Positions 9,416-19,191 of a stretch of 38,595 bases of DNA are shown here, piece by piece. Location: positions 1 through 38,595 of the forward strand of contig JBLNCY010000012.1 in the NCBI GenBank assembly GCA_050261115.1, written 5' to 3'. Below the pieces are notes generated by a model. It was not told the DNA's origin. It saw only the letters and a list, made by a program, of their open reading frames with translations, and did no database searches. The number at the start of each line of letters is the position of its first letter. Position 1 is the stretch's first letter. The translations under genes were made by a program, and so were the position numbers. This stretch comes from Methanocella sp. (lineage in GTDB: Archaea > Thermoproteota > Bathyarchaeia > Bathyarchaeales > Bathycorpusculaceae).

Positions 9416-9991
9416 ATGAAGTACACAGAATTCTGGATGAGCGCCTCGTCAAAACGCAAAAGAATCTACTCCACCCTATTTGTCCTTGTACTCGCAGTCA
9501 TAGCAACCATGGCAGGCACTCTAGTCCAATTAAGCCCCCAAGATGCTCAGGCAATCTATAACCAACTCAACCAAACCTCAACCAGCCCCACACTACTCAC
9601 AGACATATTTGTCAACAACTTTCCCCTCTGCCTACTCATGTTCATCCCGCTTGCTGGAATAGGCATTGGTCTCTTCATACTTTTCAGCACGGGCATGGCT
9701 TTCCGCGCCGTCTTTGACGTTCAAGCAGCCAGCGGATTTGACAGCTCAGCCTCCATAAGCGGCATCGACCCCGCCACGGCTGTTTTGGTGCTGGTTTTAG
9801 CTGGCGCCGTCTTTGTCATAGAATACGTCTCCTACTCGATTGCCATGACAGAGAGCGTCTGGTTGTTCCGCCGATTATTGCAGAGACGTTGGAAGGAGCT
9901 AAGGGTGCTTGCCATACTCATCGGCGTCGTGGCTGTACTGCTGGCGATTGGAGCAGTTGTCGAGTGGGCAGCGTTATCAATAGGCATTTAA
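9416..9991 (+). CDS. SpoIIM/DUF95-like membrane protein, copy 1
   Basis: IFVNN, multiple TM helices and a C-terminal GAVVE. Confidence 0.7.
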   Translation: MKYTEFWMSASSKRKRIYSTLFVLVLAVIATMAGTLVQLSPQDAQAIYNQLNQTSTSPTLLTDIFVNNFPLCLLMFIPLAGIGIGLFILFSTGMAFRAVFDVQAASGFDSSASISGIDPATAVLVLVLAGAVFVIEYVSYSIAMTESVWLFRRLLQRRWKELRVLAILIGVVAVLLAIGAVVEWAALSIGI

Positions 9992-10037
9992 GCCGCCCCA
10001 ACTCTTCTACTTTTAACCAATTTAAGAGCGCATTTTC

Positions 10038-10589
10038 TTGAAAATCGAACTATCTTTTTGGCGTAACGCTTCAACTAAGCGGAAGCGGCTTTACTCGGTC
10101 GTATTGGTTTTTGTAGTGGCTGTTTTGGCGATGGCGCTGGGAAGTGCCATAACGCTAAGTCAAGCGCAAGCGGAATTCATAAGCGATAACCTCAATCGAA
10201 CGCTAAACGAGCAACGCGCCAACAACAACCTCATCCCCTACATTTTCCTCAACAATTTTCGGATAACTCTGCTAATGTTTATCCCACTAGCAGGTGCCGC
10301 TCTTGGACTGCTAGTGCTGTTCAATACAGGGGTTGCTCTGAATGCCTTAGCTATGGTGAATGGTTATCCAGCCTACGATGCCTTCTTTAGCCTGATGGCG
10401 ACGCCGGTTTTCTGGCTGGAATTTGCCGCTTATTCCATTGCGATGGCTGAGAGCATTTGGCTTTTCCGGCGGTTGCTTCAGCGTCGGTGGCGGGAGCTAA
10501 AATGGGTGGCTGCGTCAATGGGCGCCTGTGCTCTGCTGTTAATAATTGGAGCAGCTGTTGAGGCCTACATCGTGACCTCTGCAGGTTAA
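10038..10589 (+). CDS. SpoIIM/DUF95-like membrane protein, copy 2
   Basis: IFLNN, LEFAAY and GAAVE. Paralog of the upstream gene. Confidence 0.7.
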   Translation: MKIELSFWRNASTKRKRLYSVVLVFVVAVLAMALGSAITLSQAQAEFISDNLNRTLNEQRANNNLIPYIFLNNFRITLLMFIPLAGAALGLLVLFNTGVALNALAMVNGYPAYDAFFSLMATPVFWLEFAAYSIAMAESIWLFRRLLQRRWRELKWVAASMGACALLLIIGAAVEAYIVTSAG

Positions 10590-11440
10590 GCCTTCATAAT
10601 TTCAAGACTTATATCGAGAGCTTTAACGCTATGCGTTAACTCACCTAAACTGATGATATCTACCTGAGCATTAGCATACTCCAGAAGAGTTTCAGAGGTG
10701 ATGCCGCCAGAAACCTCAAGCAGTACATTGGTGAAGCCTGCTTTGCGAAGTTGCTCGCCTGCCTCTTTGGCCTGTTGGGGTGAAAAGTTATCAAGCATGA
10801 TGATGTCTGCACCGGCTTCAGCTGCTTTAAGCGCGTCTTGGATGCTTGTGACTTCCACCTCGATTCGTTTAGAAAAAGAAACGCTTGCCTTGGCTTTCCT
10901 TACGGCCTCCACAGCGCTGCCTACTATGGCTATGTGGTTGTCCTTTATGAGTACCATATCGTCTAAATGCAGTCTATGGGGATCTCCGCCGCCTATAGCA
11001 ACAGCTTTCTTGTCAAAGTAGAGTAGCCCCGGCGCCGATTTTCGAGTGGCGGCAATACGGGCTTTAACTTGGACCTTTTTTAGTTGCTCAGCTAAGGCGT
11101 GGGTTTTGGTTGCTATGCCGCTCATGCGTGAGAGCAAGTTTAGTAGGGTGCGCTCGACGGATAGAATTGTCTGGGCATCGCCTGTTAATGTCATTAGTAC
11201 CTGTCCATGTTTGACTTTGCTTCCATCGACGGTTTTAGCTTCCGCTTTTAGCTCCATCATTTGGGCAAGTATGGTGGCTTCCTCTAAGCCCGCCACAATC
11301 CCGTCCGCTTTGGCGATAACCTCCGCTTTAACAACCAGGTTAGGCGGGATAACGGCTGCTGCGGTGACGTCGCCTTCCCCGACGTCCTCAGATAGGAACT
11401 CTTGGAGACGTTGTTCGACAATCCGTCTAGGCACAAACAT
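10586..11440 (-). CDS. nadC: Nicotinate-nucleotide diphosphorylase (carboxylating)
   Basis: GDVT, ERTLLN, ATRKSAPG, HRLHLDD, KDNH, EVEV, MLDN and SGGI motifs. Confidence 0.95.
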   Translation of the reverse strand: MFVPRRIVEQRLQEFLSEDVGEGDVTAAAVIPPNLVVKAEVIAKADGIVAGLEEATILAQMMELKAEAKTVDGSKVKHGQVLMTLTGDAQTILSVERTLLNLLSRMSGIATKTHALAEQLKKVQVKARIAATRKSAPGLLYFDKKAVAIGGGDPHRLHLDDMVLIKDNHIAIVGSAVEAVRKAKASVSFSKRIEVEVTSIQDALKAAEAGADIIMLDNFSPQQAKEAGEQLRKAGFTNVLLEVSGGITSETLLEYANAQVDIISLGELTHSVKALDISLEIMKA

Positions 11441-11538
11441 AGCTTGTTATCTCTCAGCCTACGCTTAAAATGCTTACCGTCACCCACGAAATCAATCAAG
11501 CTAGGGTTCAAATAGAATCAATCTCTTTTTAGTCCTCT

Positions 11539-12675
11539 ATGCGAATGATACTCAGCTGTGCCGAAATCGGGTTAGGCCACGTTTCAAGGATAATTCCACT
11601 CGGCAAAAGGCTCGAGTCGCATGGACACGAAATTCATTACTTCTCGGGCGGTAAAGCATATGAACTCCTAAAAAGAGAGTTCAAAAACGTTTACCCCGTC
11701 CAAGAGGTTAACTGGTACGAAAATAACTATGGGATTTTAACTTCTGCGTCGCTCATTAACATGTTCTTTCCATTGCCGCTTTTTAATAATGAGCTTAATA
11801 GGTTTGAGGTGAAGAGATCTAACGCTTACGAGATTATTCACCGCTACTATGACCTTAGACAGAACATCCGTGACTTAGCACCGGATGTGTTGGTAGCTGA
11901 CGGCGATCTCAATGCGCTCAGGTTGGGCATGCGGTGGAAGATTCCCTCAGTCTACATCGAGAACATGATTAAGCCAAGTTACGGATTTACCTCATTTCTT
12001 AGTCCAGGCATGAGCTTCTTGGAGCGGTACTATAGGGCTTGCCAAAAAATCATCATTCCCGACAACCCAATGCCCTTCACGGTGTCAGAGTACAGCATCG
12101 GCGACATAAACGCCATGGGACTAGCAGACAAAACAGAATACGTCGGCAGCTTTGTCGACACGACGCCTGAACGGGGCGCCCAAGAGCACATATTTGCACC
12201 GATCAGCGGTCCCATCGGTACCCGCAGCAAAATTTTAAAAAATCTTCTACCTGTACTCGAAAACGTCAAAGACAAATGCATAATCAGCTTAGGCACACCC
12301 GGCAAAAAAGCCTCCGCAAAAATAGGCAACTATGAACTCCACACCTGGCTAACACCTAAGGACCGAAGCCAAGCCATGCGCAATGCCAAATACGTCATCT
12401 TCAGCGGGGGCCATGCAACCTGCTTTGAAACCATCAAATATGGCAAACCAAGCATTTGCATCCCCACCCAACCCGAGCAGCTAGGCAACGCAGCTAAACT
12501 GGAAAAACTCCAATGCGGCATAGTAGTCAAGAACAAAAAGCAACTAAAGAACGCCATAGAGAAAATGGAAGCAAACCTGGACGCCTACACCAAAAAGGCA
12601 GAAGAGTTGAGTGTTTTTTCGAGCAGATTCAACGGGTTAGACCGCGCCATCGAAATCATTGAAAGCCTATGTTAA
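11539..12675 (+). CDS. GT-B glycosyltransferase (MurG/MJ1255-like)
   Basis: GLGHVSR, SGGHAT and PEQLGNA motifs. Confidence 0.85.
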   Translation: MRMILSCAEIGLGHVSRIIPLGKRLESHGHEIHYFSGGKAYELLKREFKNVYPVQEVNWYENNYGILTSASLINMFFPLPLFNNELNRFEVKRSNAYEIIHRYYDLRQNIRDLAPDVLVADGDLNALRLGMRWKIPSVYIENMIKPSYGFTSFLSPGMSFLERYYRACQKIIIPDNPMPFTVSEYSIGDINAMGLADKTEYVGSFVDTTPERGAQEHIFAPISGPIGTRSKILKNLLPVLENVKDKCIISLGTPGKKASAKIGNYELHTWLTPKDRSQAMRNAKYVIFSGGHATCFETIKYGKPSICIPTQPEQLGNAAKLEKLQCGIVVKNKKQLKNAIEKMEANLDAYTKKAEELSVFSSRFNGLDRAIEIIESLC

Positions 12676-13298
12676 GCTTTTTTGAGGCTTAAGCGTTTGA
12701 TGGCACCGTTGGGGGTTTCTTCGTCGAATATGATGGCTCGGAACCGGTAAATTTTAACGTCTTTGGTAAGCCAGCTGTCAGGTGGGAGACCAGCTTTCAT
12801 GCAACATTGACAGAGATACTCTTCTTCTTGCCAGCCCCACTCAATCGGCACCTGCGGCAACAATAGACCTTTACGAAAACCGCGCTCTATGATTAGGCCG
12901 TCTTCGCCGACTTTAATCTGTTTAACGTACTCTTTGGGGTCGGAGGTTTCAACCTTTTCTGGTGGGGTGAGGACGCTGACTTCAAAAACGACTCTACCGA
13001 GTTCGGCGGCTTGCATGGGTTCGAAGCGTGGGTCCTGAGTGGAAGCGTTTATCGCTGAGTCGATGACTGCTTCAACCAGTGGCTCTGTGGGGTAGGGGTA
13101 GCCTATGCATCCGCGGAGTTCACGTTCGGCGCCGTGTAGGGTGTTTATGGTGACAAAGACGCCGCATTTCTCAAACAGCTTTTGGGGTGTATCTTTAGGC
13201 GGTTTTGGGATTTGGTGTTCTTCTAGGTAAGTTTTTACTGTTGTGCGGGCTAGTTTAACTAGAAATTCGCCTTCTTCTTGGGTTAATTCAAACGACAT
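12672..13298 (-). CDS. AMMECR1-domain protein (TIGR00296-like)
   Basis: GVFVT, LRGCIG, DPRF, EVSVLT, GLLLPQV and KAGL motifs. Confidence 0.92.
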   Translation of the reverse strand: MSFELTQEEGEFLVKLARTTVKTYLEEHQIPKPPKDTPQKLFEKCGVFVTINTLHGAERELRGCIGYPYPTEPLVEAVIDSAINASTQDPRFEPMQAAELGRVVFEVSVLTPPEKVETSDPKEYVKQIKVGEDGLIIERGFRKGLLLPQVPIEWGWQEEEYLCQCCMKAGLPPDSWLTKDVKIYRFRAIIFDEETPNGAIKRLSLKKA

Positions 13299-13363
13299 GG
13301 CTTCCACCTAAGCGGACAGGCCGCTAACAGAATATTGTTGCTAAAAAATAGAGTGAGAGTGGT

Positions 13364-14071
13364 TTAGAATTTTGTGGATTCTTCGGTTACGCCGTCTTTT
13401 GTTATGGTGACAATGTCGATGCCGTCGCCGCTTAGTGCGTCACGGTTGATGGCTGCTTTGATGGCGCGGGTGGCGAGGTTTTTGGCTTCGTCGACTGTTA
13501 GGTTGTCTCGGTAGCCTTCTTCGATGACGGCTATGGCAGTTTCTGTGCCTGAACCGACTGCTGCATACTTGTCCGGAATCAAAGAGCCCAAAACGTCAAG
13601 CACATAGATGTTTGCGCCTTCTTCGTCTATGCCGCCGACGATGGTTTGGGTGATAAGAGGGGCATAGCGGCGGTTAAACAGCACGTTTGCCAGCAGCTTG
13701 GATGCGCTGCGTACGGTGATGGGTCTGCCTGTGTCCATGCTGTAGAGGTTTGCTTGGGCCTCCATCTCTCGGGCGAGGATTTGCATGTCGCCTACTAGGC
13801 CTGCGCATGCAACGCCGATGCGGTCGGTGACTTTGAAGACTTTTTTGCCTCCTTTACTCATAATGAAGCCGCCGTAGGTTACGCGTTTCTCTGCGGCTAA
13901 GACTACTCCGCCGTTGAAGACGATGCCGACGGTGCTTGCGCCCGGTATCCATCCGCCTCCCTGGGGGGCGGTGTGGGGTTGCTGCTGCGCTGGTGCCTCT
14001 TGGATTTGAGGCATAAGTGGGATTGTTGGAATTTGACGTAATGTTGGTAACTGTGGTACATATCCGTCCAT
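13364..14071 (-). CDS. psmB: 20S proteasome beta subunit, predicted non-catalytic (Ala at Thr1 position)
   Basis: PG-ASTVGI...VVLAAEKRV...AGLVGD...GSG...RDALSGDG, with a long P/Q-rich N-terminal extension. Confidence 0.9.
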   Translation of the reverse strand: MDGYVPQLPTLRQIPTIPLMPQIQEAPAQQQPHTAPQGGGWIPGASTVGIVFNGGVVLAAEKRVTYGGFIMSKGGKKVFKVTDRIGVACAGLVGDMQILAREMEAQANLYSMDTGRPITVRSASKLLANVLFNRRYAPLITQTIVGGIDEEGANIYVLDVLGSLIPDKYAAVGSGTETAIAVIEEGYRDNLTVDEAKNLATRAIKAAINRDALSGDGIDIVTITKDGVTEESTKF

Positions 14072-14239
14072 AATTTTCGCCTGACCGACTCTAAATACAC
14101 AAAAGAATGTATTAAGCTTACTTATAACTTTATTACAAGTCAGCTTCGACTAAACCAGCAGCATAGTCGGGCAGAAACAGGTATTGTTTGCAGAAACCTA
14201 TAAAGACCAACCCTGCTAAAATCCACTATAGGGCTACTG

Positions 14240-14830
14240 TTGATAGAGATCTATAGCCAAACCATAGACGGCGTAACCTTCGCCATCGCACAGAACCAAG
14301 GCGAAATCCTAACAACAACCTTCCGACATAGCAAAGAAGACGCCTTAGCCACTATCCTTGATAATTTACCGTTTAACCTACCCTTTCAGGTCTTTCATAC
14401 CCCCACCCCACAAGCCAAAACCACTCTTGATACGCTAAAAACCATCTATGACGGCAAAGAAGCCACACTAGACCTGCCGTTGGCAACCACACACTTGCCC
14501 GGCTACACACAAAAAGTCCTCAAAGCAACCATGGCAATACCCCCAGGGTATGTGAGCACATATGGCGCGATTGCAGCAGCCGTCGGCGGGGGCCCCCGCG
14601 CGGTTGGGAACGCCATGGCGTGTAACTTGTTTGCGCCCGTGGTGCCCTGCCATAGGGTTGTAAAATCAGACTTTACGCTGGGAGGCTATGGGCTTGGAGG
14701 TTTAAGGGCTAAATTTGACTTCTTGCAACGTGAAAGACGAGGCTACAGCGAATCCAAAGCAATCGTGGTTTGCGGCGGCACCCTGCAGCTTGTCCCAGTA
14801 GAACATGTGCTGGCAAGGTTCACCTGCTAA
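14240..14830 (+). CDS. ogt: Methylated-DNA--protein-cysteine methyltransferase
   Basis: IPPGYVSTYG, RAVGNAM and the PCHRV active site. Confidence 0.92.
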   Translation: MIEIYSQTIDGVTFAIAQNQGEILTTTFRHSKEDALATILDNLPFNLPFQVFHTPTPQAKTTLDTLKTIYDGKEATLDLPLATTHLPGYTQKVLKATMAIPPGYVSTYGAIAAAVGGGPRAVGNAMACNLFAPVVPCHRVVKSDFTLGGYGLGGLRAKFDFLQRERRGYSESKAIVVCGGTLQLVPVEHVLARFTC

Positions 14831-14950
14831 ACTGGAGCCCCGCGGTAACTAACATTAAAGTGGTATTTTGTGGTCCTATCGGACTTTGCCTGTCTGGTTA
14901 CACAAATCATAAATGCAGCCAACCCAACCTCAAAGCAGGGATAACCCATT

Positions 14951-15478
14951 ACGATAAAACGAGGCCTCTACGTCGGCAGATTCCAGCCCTTCCACAACGG
15001 ACACTTAGACGCCATAAAGTACTCGCTAAAAAGCGTCGACGAATTAGTCGTGGTTATCGGCAGCGCCCAGTACAGCCACAACAGCTACAACCCCTTCACT
15101 GCAGGAGAACGCCTAGTCATGATCCGTCGGTCACTCGCGGAGGCGGGGGTTGACTTAGGTAAGCTCTGGATTGTTCCGGTGCCCGATGTGAACCTGCATA
15201 TGCTCTGGGTCAGTGCAGTCGAAGGCTATACACCCAAATTTAGCGTCGTCTTTTCTAATGAGCCGCTAACCCGCAGGCTGTTTATGGAGGCGGGTTACAC
15301 TATTTGTGATTTGCCGCTGTTTGACCGCAAAGTCTACATGTCCACGCTCATCCGCGAAAAAATGATAAACGATGATAGCTGGACTACGCTTGTTCCAAAA
15401 GCCGTCGCCGAATTCATCGGGGAAATCGACGGCGTTAACCGACTCCGGGACCTAGCCCGAACCGACAAAGTCAGCTAA
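14951..15478 (+). CDS. nadM: Nicotinamide-nucleotide adenylyltransferase; start is non-canonical (ACG proposed)
   Basis: In-frame RGLYVGRFQPFHNGH lies upstream of the track start (15050), followed by GSAQ, NPFTAGER and STLIRE. There is an in-frame stop at 14942 and no ATG/GTG/TTG before the HxGH motif. Confidence 0.9.
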   Translation, partial: TIKRGLYVGRFQPFHNGHLDAIKYSLKSVDELVVVIGSAQYSHNSYNPFTAGERLVMIRRSLAEAGVDLGKLWIVPVPDVNLHMLWVSAVEGYTPKFSVVFSNEPLTRRLFMEAGYTICDLPLFDRKVYMSTLIREKMINDDSWTTLVPKAVAEFIGEIDGVNRLRDLARTDKVS

Positions 15479-16058
15479 CAATTACGTCTTTTCTTGCACG
15501 ATGCCAGTAACGCCAAGCCAACAGGTAAGTCGTAATCAGCACCAGTAAGGCAGTGAAGTAGCTGAAAAAGCCCCCAAATACCGCCAAAAAGTTGTTAGCA
15601 AGATGCAGCCCTACTGCGATAAGATAGAAGGGCAGGGGCTTCTTGACGGCAATACCATATGAAGCTATGATTGCGCTGGCGGAATGAAAAATTATGCCTG
15701 GTAATCTAGCAAACGGGGGCACACCCAGCACTAAAACATACTGAAAGAACTCCACAATCCCAAAGCCTAACCCAAGCAGAAGTCCCAACGTCACAATCGA
15801 TCGCTCTGTCTCGCCATGCCGATAGAATAATGGGAAAACTTTGGCAAGCTCCTCAACTAGGGGCGCAATAACAATGATAAGGATCGCCGCGGAGAGAGCA
15901 GACTCAACTGGGTAGAGGGACTGGAAGAACACCGCAAAGGGAATGCTGACGACCATGCCTGAGATGAAAAAGAAAGCGTACTCCCGCAGCTTAGGCTTAT
16001 GGATGGGAATTACACAGTGCGGCGTTTCAGGCTGGGTAGGTTGCGGCGGCGTCTCCAT
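15471..16058 (-). CDS. PrsW-family intramembrane protease
   Basis: PLVEELAK, GLGFGIVE, HSAS and HLANN motifs within TM helices. Confidence 0.8.
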   Translation of the reverse strand: METPPQPTQPETPHCVIPIHKPKLREYAFFFISGMVVSIPFAVFFQSLYPVESALSAAILIIVIAPLVEELAKVFPLFYRHGETERSIVTLGLLLGLGFGIVEFFQYVLVLGVPPFARLPGIIFHSASAIIASYGIAVKKPLPFYLIAVGLHLANNFLAVFGGFFSYFTALLVLITTYLLAWRYWHRARKDVIVS

Positions 16059-16118
16059 AAAAAAGCATCTCTAAACAACAGAACCATAAACATCTTAATC
16101 AGCCTTTACCAAGCGTCG

Positions 16119-17474
16119 CTAGAACCCAGCGGAAACGGGGTCTTGGGGCTTCATGATTTCTCGTAGCAGTATGGTTGCATAGCAGCCGCGTAGCAGCATA
16201 AAGCTGAATTGCACCTTACCGTCAACAAAGCTATTTAGTTTAAAATCCTTGACTGGCGCCGCCGCTGGGCGTAGGCTGCCTTTACCGCCCACACGCGACA
16301 ACTCATTTAGCCAAACCGGCTTATCTCCCAATCCCTCAGACGCTAAAACTTCCCGCTCGATTTCACCCATAACGTCGCCAGAGAGCCTCTGACGCAAACC
16401 CACAATCGGCAACGCCACACGCAACTTACCTGCCTTAACCGATGCATTAACTTGCGCTATGTTCTCTGCTGTCACAGTCTTCTCCATGGAAGTCATCGGC
16501 AACCCTGACCGCTCAACCCCAACCACGAAATCCCCCACGATCGCCTCGTTAAGGGGCAACCCACGCTTTATCCGCTCGCTAAGGAAACGGTTAAAGAGGT
16601 AGGATTGGTGCGCCTGGACGAAAAGCGCCTGTAACTTCTGCGGCAACCGGCGGAAGGCACCCACGTAGTCTGTTGGATTCTCCGCTAAATGCGCAAGCAT
16701 CATGCGTTCAAAGCGGAGTTGCCTTGGGAAACTATCTGCTGCGGTTTTAAAGTCGCGTGTCTCTTGGAGTTGTTGTCTTGCGTTTCTTGATTGGACGTGC
16801 TCGTATGGGCTGGGGTTGGCTAGGAAGAGCATGGTGGCTTCTTCAAAGTTGCCTTGGCTGAGCGATTTGCCGACGAGGTGGGTGATGGGTCGGGTGGTGC
16901 CGAATCGTTGGTGACCGAAATAGTTGGGTATGCCGCCTGCTTCTGTGAGTTCTTGGATGGTTTGCTCTATGAGTGCCTCTGCCTCTGGTTGGGGTAGGGT
17001 GATGTATTTGGTGGTTATCGTGAAGTTGTTGCCCAACAAGTAAAACAGCGATAGCATTTCACGTATGTAGCCGATTGGGACTACTTTTATGCCGTTGATG
17101 TCGATTTTGGCGGTTTCTTCGGCGGCTACATTTTGGATGGTTAAATACTGAGCTGTTAGGGCTTTTGCGTCTTTTATTCCCGCAAACTGCACTCTAGCCT
17201 GGTCAACGCCAAGTTCTTTAGCGATGCTTTTAGTTGCTATGAAGGTATCCCAGTTGCGCTTAACCATCAAACAAAGCAGAAACGGCTGCCTCTGCGGCGA
17301 AGATCCGATGACTCGGCTTGGGGCTTCTGCTGTGACGCTGGCTTTGCTGCCGTCAACAAGAACCTCTTCAACAATGAAGTCATCGGCTGATTCCTTGATT
17401 TTGCCGCCTATACCCTTAGTTTTTGTGGCATAAGCATCCATGCCAAGCAGCTTATCAATGTCAGGAACGGCCAA
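16119..17474 (-). CDS. truD: tRNA pseudouridine(13) synthase
   Basis: DFIVEE, AGIKDAKALTAQ, GNNFTI, NYFGHQRFG, QSYLFN and RGCYATILLRE motifs. Confidence 0.95.
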   Translation of the reverse strand: MAVPDIDKLLGMDAYATKTKGIGGKIKESADDFIVEEVLVDGSKASVTAEAPSRVIGSSPQRQPFLLCLMVKRNWDTFIATKSIAKELGVDQARVQFAGIKDAKALTAQYLTIQNVAAEETAKIDINGIKVVPIGYIREMLSLFYLLGNNFTITTKYITLPQPEAEALIEQTIQELTEAGGIPNYFGHQRFGTTRPITHLVGKSLSQGNFEEATMLFLANPSPYEHVQSRNARQQLQETRDFKTAADSFPRQLRFERMMLAHLAENPTDYVGAFRRLPQKLQALFVQAHQSYLFNRFLSERIKRGLPLNEAIVGDFVVGVERSGLPMTSMEKTVTAENIAQVNASVKAGKLRVALPIVGLRQRLSGDVMGEIEREVLASEGLGDKPVWLNELSRVGGKGSLRPAAAPVKDFKLNSFVDGKVQFSFMLLRGCYATILLREIMKPQDPVSAGF

Positions 17475-17483
17475 AAACTTCGC

Positions 17484-17849
17484 CTACAACAACTTTAGTT
17501 CACGAGTCAGCCTGTCAATTTTCTCCGTTGGCGCTGGACCGATACCTAAACAGGTAATTGACCCCTCAGGAATCTGAGTTAAACCAGCGTCAATGATAAG
17601 AGCATGAGGCAAACCCAAGTCTTCCGCCGCCTCCTCTAACTCGCAAAGCTCCTTTAAACTCGGAACCTTTAGCGCGACCTTTTTTTGCCCTTCATGAATC
17701 CATGCTTCCCACCATTTCTTTTGGTGGACGTATGCGTCTTGGGCTGCGCTGATGGCTGCGTGGCCTGCTTGCGCTGCAATTTTACCCTTACCCATCGGTA
17801 GGTCGGTGCGGAAGATGATGACCTGCTTGTACTCGAATCGGTCTGACAT
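17484..17849 (-). CDS. pth2: Peptidyl-tRNA hydrolase Pth2
   Basis: MGKGKIAAQAGHA, IDAGLTQ and LGIGP motifs. Confidence 0.95.
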   Translation of the reverse strand: MSDRFEYKQVIIFRTDLPMGKGKIAAQAGHAAISAAQDAYVHQKKWWEAWIHEGQKKVALKVPSLKELCELEEAAEDLGLPHALIIDAGLTQIPEGSITCLGIGPAPTEKIDRLTRELKLL

Positions 17850-17949
17850 TTGGGTTTCCCGTCCTACAGGTTATCATGCGGCGCATTTTAAGGGTTTGCG
17901 GATGACTTGAAGAATAATCACTCTAAACACAAGCCTTGAAGATCGAGAC

Positions 17950-19191
17950 CTATGAAGTTTTGAAGACTTGCGGAAGGTAGAGTAAGCCAAAGTAGGCTAT
18001 TGCTGCCCACATCGCCGGTTTTCCAGCGACCGACGTAAGCATTTTCCCCTGGTAATCAATCTCGTCGACTCCTCTGAGGGCTTTATCCACGCCCAGTTTG
18101 CCCACAACACGGAGCATTTCATCGAGCTTCTCATCCGAAAGTGAATTGATAAATCGTCTTAGCCTTAGCATGACTCGGATGTCAAAGTTGAGAAGTTCAT
18201 CACAGCGTTTCTGATAGGGTTGCAATGCTTTGGCAGAGAAATCGTTAATCTTAAGGGCGTCTGACGCCACTTGTGCTGCTTCTTTTGCGCATGTTAACCC
18301 AAAAATCACTCCGCCGCCAGTTGTAGGCTTAACCTGTGAAGCACAATCGCCCATAGCTAAAAAGCCATCCGAATAAGCGCACCTAATCGGTCCAGCCAAA
18401 GATATGGCGTGGTACCCTGCGGTTAGGATTTTAGCTTTGGCAAGCTGCTTGGACGCAACGGGATGCTTAGTCATTAGGTGCTTTAGGTAAATCCGGGGGT
18501 CGCCTTGGTTGGTTGCTAGACCGAGTTTTGCGGTGCCGTCTGGTCGGGGGATAAGCCAGCCATAGAAGCCCGGTGCATAGCCCTTGCCGAAGTAGACTTC
18601 AACCGCGTCTATTTCGGTGTCTTGGGCGTCGGTTATTTCGGTTTCAACCGCATAAACAAGACCTTTTGGGTCGAGGGGTGTGAGGCCTGCTTGGCGCAGA
18701 AGACGTGAAGAAACACCCTCCGCATCAAACACAATCTTTGCGTTGACTGGTGCTTGGGCGCTGTCTGTTTTGATGTTTATGCCTCTAATCCGATCATTCT
18801 CCATAAGCAGCGACTCAACTCGGGTAGCCATCTTGAATTCTGCACCTGCCGCCTTTGCCTGATCAGCGAGGTACTGGTCAAATTTAGCCCTGTTTAGTGC
18901 GGTTGTCACTGGCGTTTTGAGGTGGAGTGAGAATTTGGTGCCCTTTGGAGAGTAAAAGTTGGCTACCGAAAAATTGTTCTCGATGATCCCGTTGGGGAGT
19001 GGGTAGAGGCCGAGGGTTTTGAGGCTTCGGATGCTTATGTGGCCTGCGCAGTGTGAGGGTACGCCGATTTCGGGGTGCTCCTCATAGACGGTGACGGGGA
19101 TGCCTTGTTTAGCTAGGTGGAGGGCTGCGGTTGATCCGACGGGTCCGCCTCCGATGACCACTACATCTGGGTGCTCTGGCTGGGGGTTCAT
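17950..19191 (-). CDS. Geranylgeranyl reductase-family flavoprotein
   Basis: GGGPVGS FAD motif, PSHCAG, PGFYGWLIP and GDCASQVKPTTGGG. Confidence 0.88.
   Translation of the reverse strand: MNPQPEHPDVVVIGGGPVGSTAALHLAKQGIPVTVYEEHPEIGVPSHCAGHISIRSLKTLGLYPLPNGIIENNFSVANFYSPKGTKFSLHLKTPVTTALNRAKFDQYLADQAKAAGAEFKMATRVESLLMENDRIRGINIKTDSAQAPVNAKIVFDAEGVSSRLLRQAGLTPLDPKGLVYAVETEITDAQDTEIDAVEVYFGKGYAPGFYGWLIPRPDGTAKLGLATNQGDPRIYLKHLMTKHPVASKQLAKAKILTAGYHAISLAGPIRCAYSDGFLAMGDCASQVKPTTGGGVIFGLTCAKEAAQVASDALKINDFSAKALQPYQKRCDELLNFDIRVMLRLRRFINSLSDEKLDEMLRVVGKLGVDKALRGVDEIDYQGKMLTSVAGKPAMWAAIAYFGLLYLPQVFKTS

Noticed and set aside
14770-15153. 127-aa ORF or a frameshift supplying the nadM start
   Set aside because: It is a different frame with no recognisable motifs. 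The nadM motif is continuous in its own frame, so a non-canonical start is simpler.
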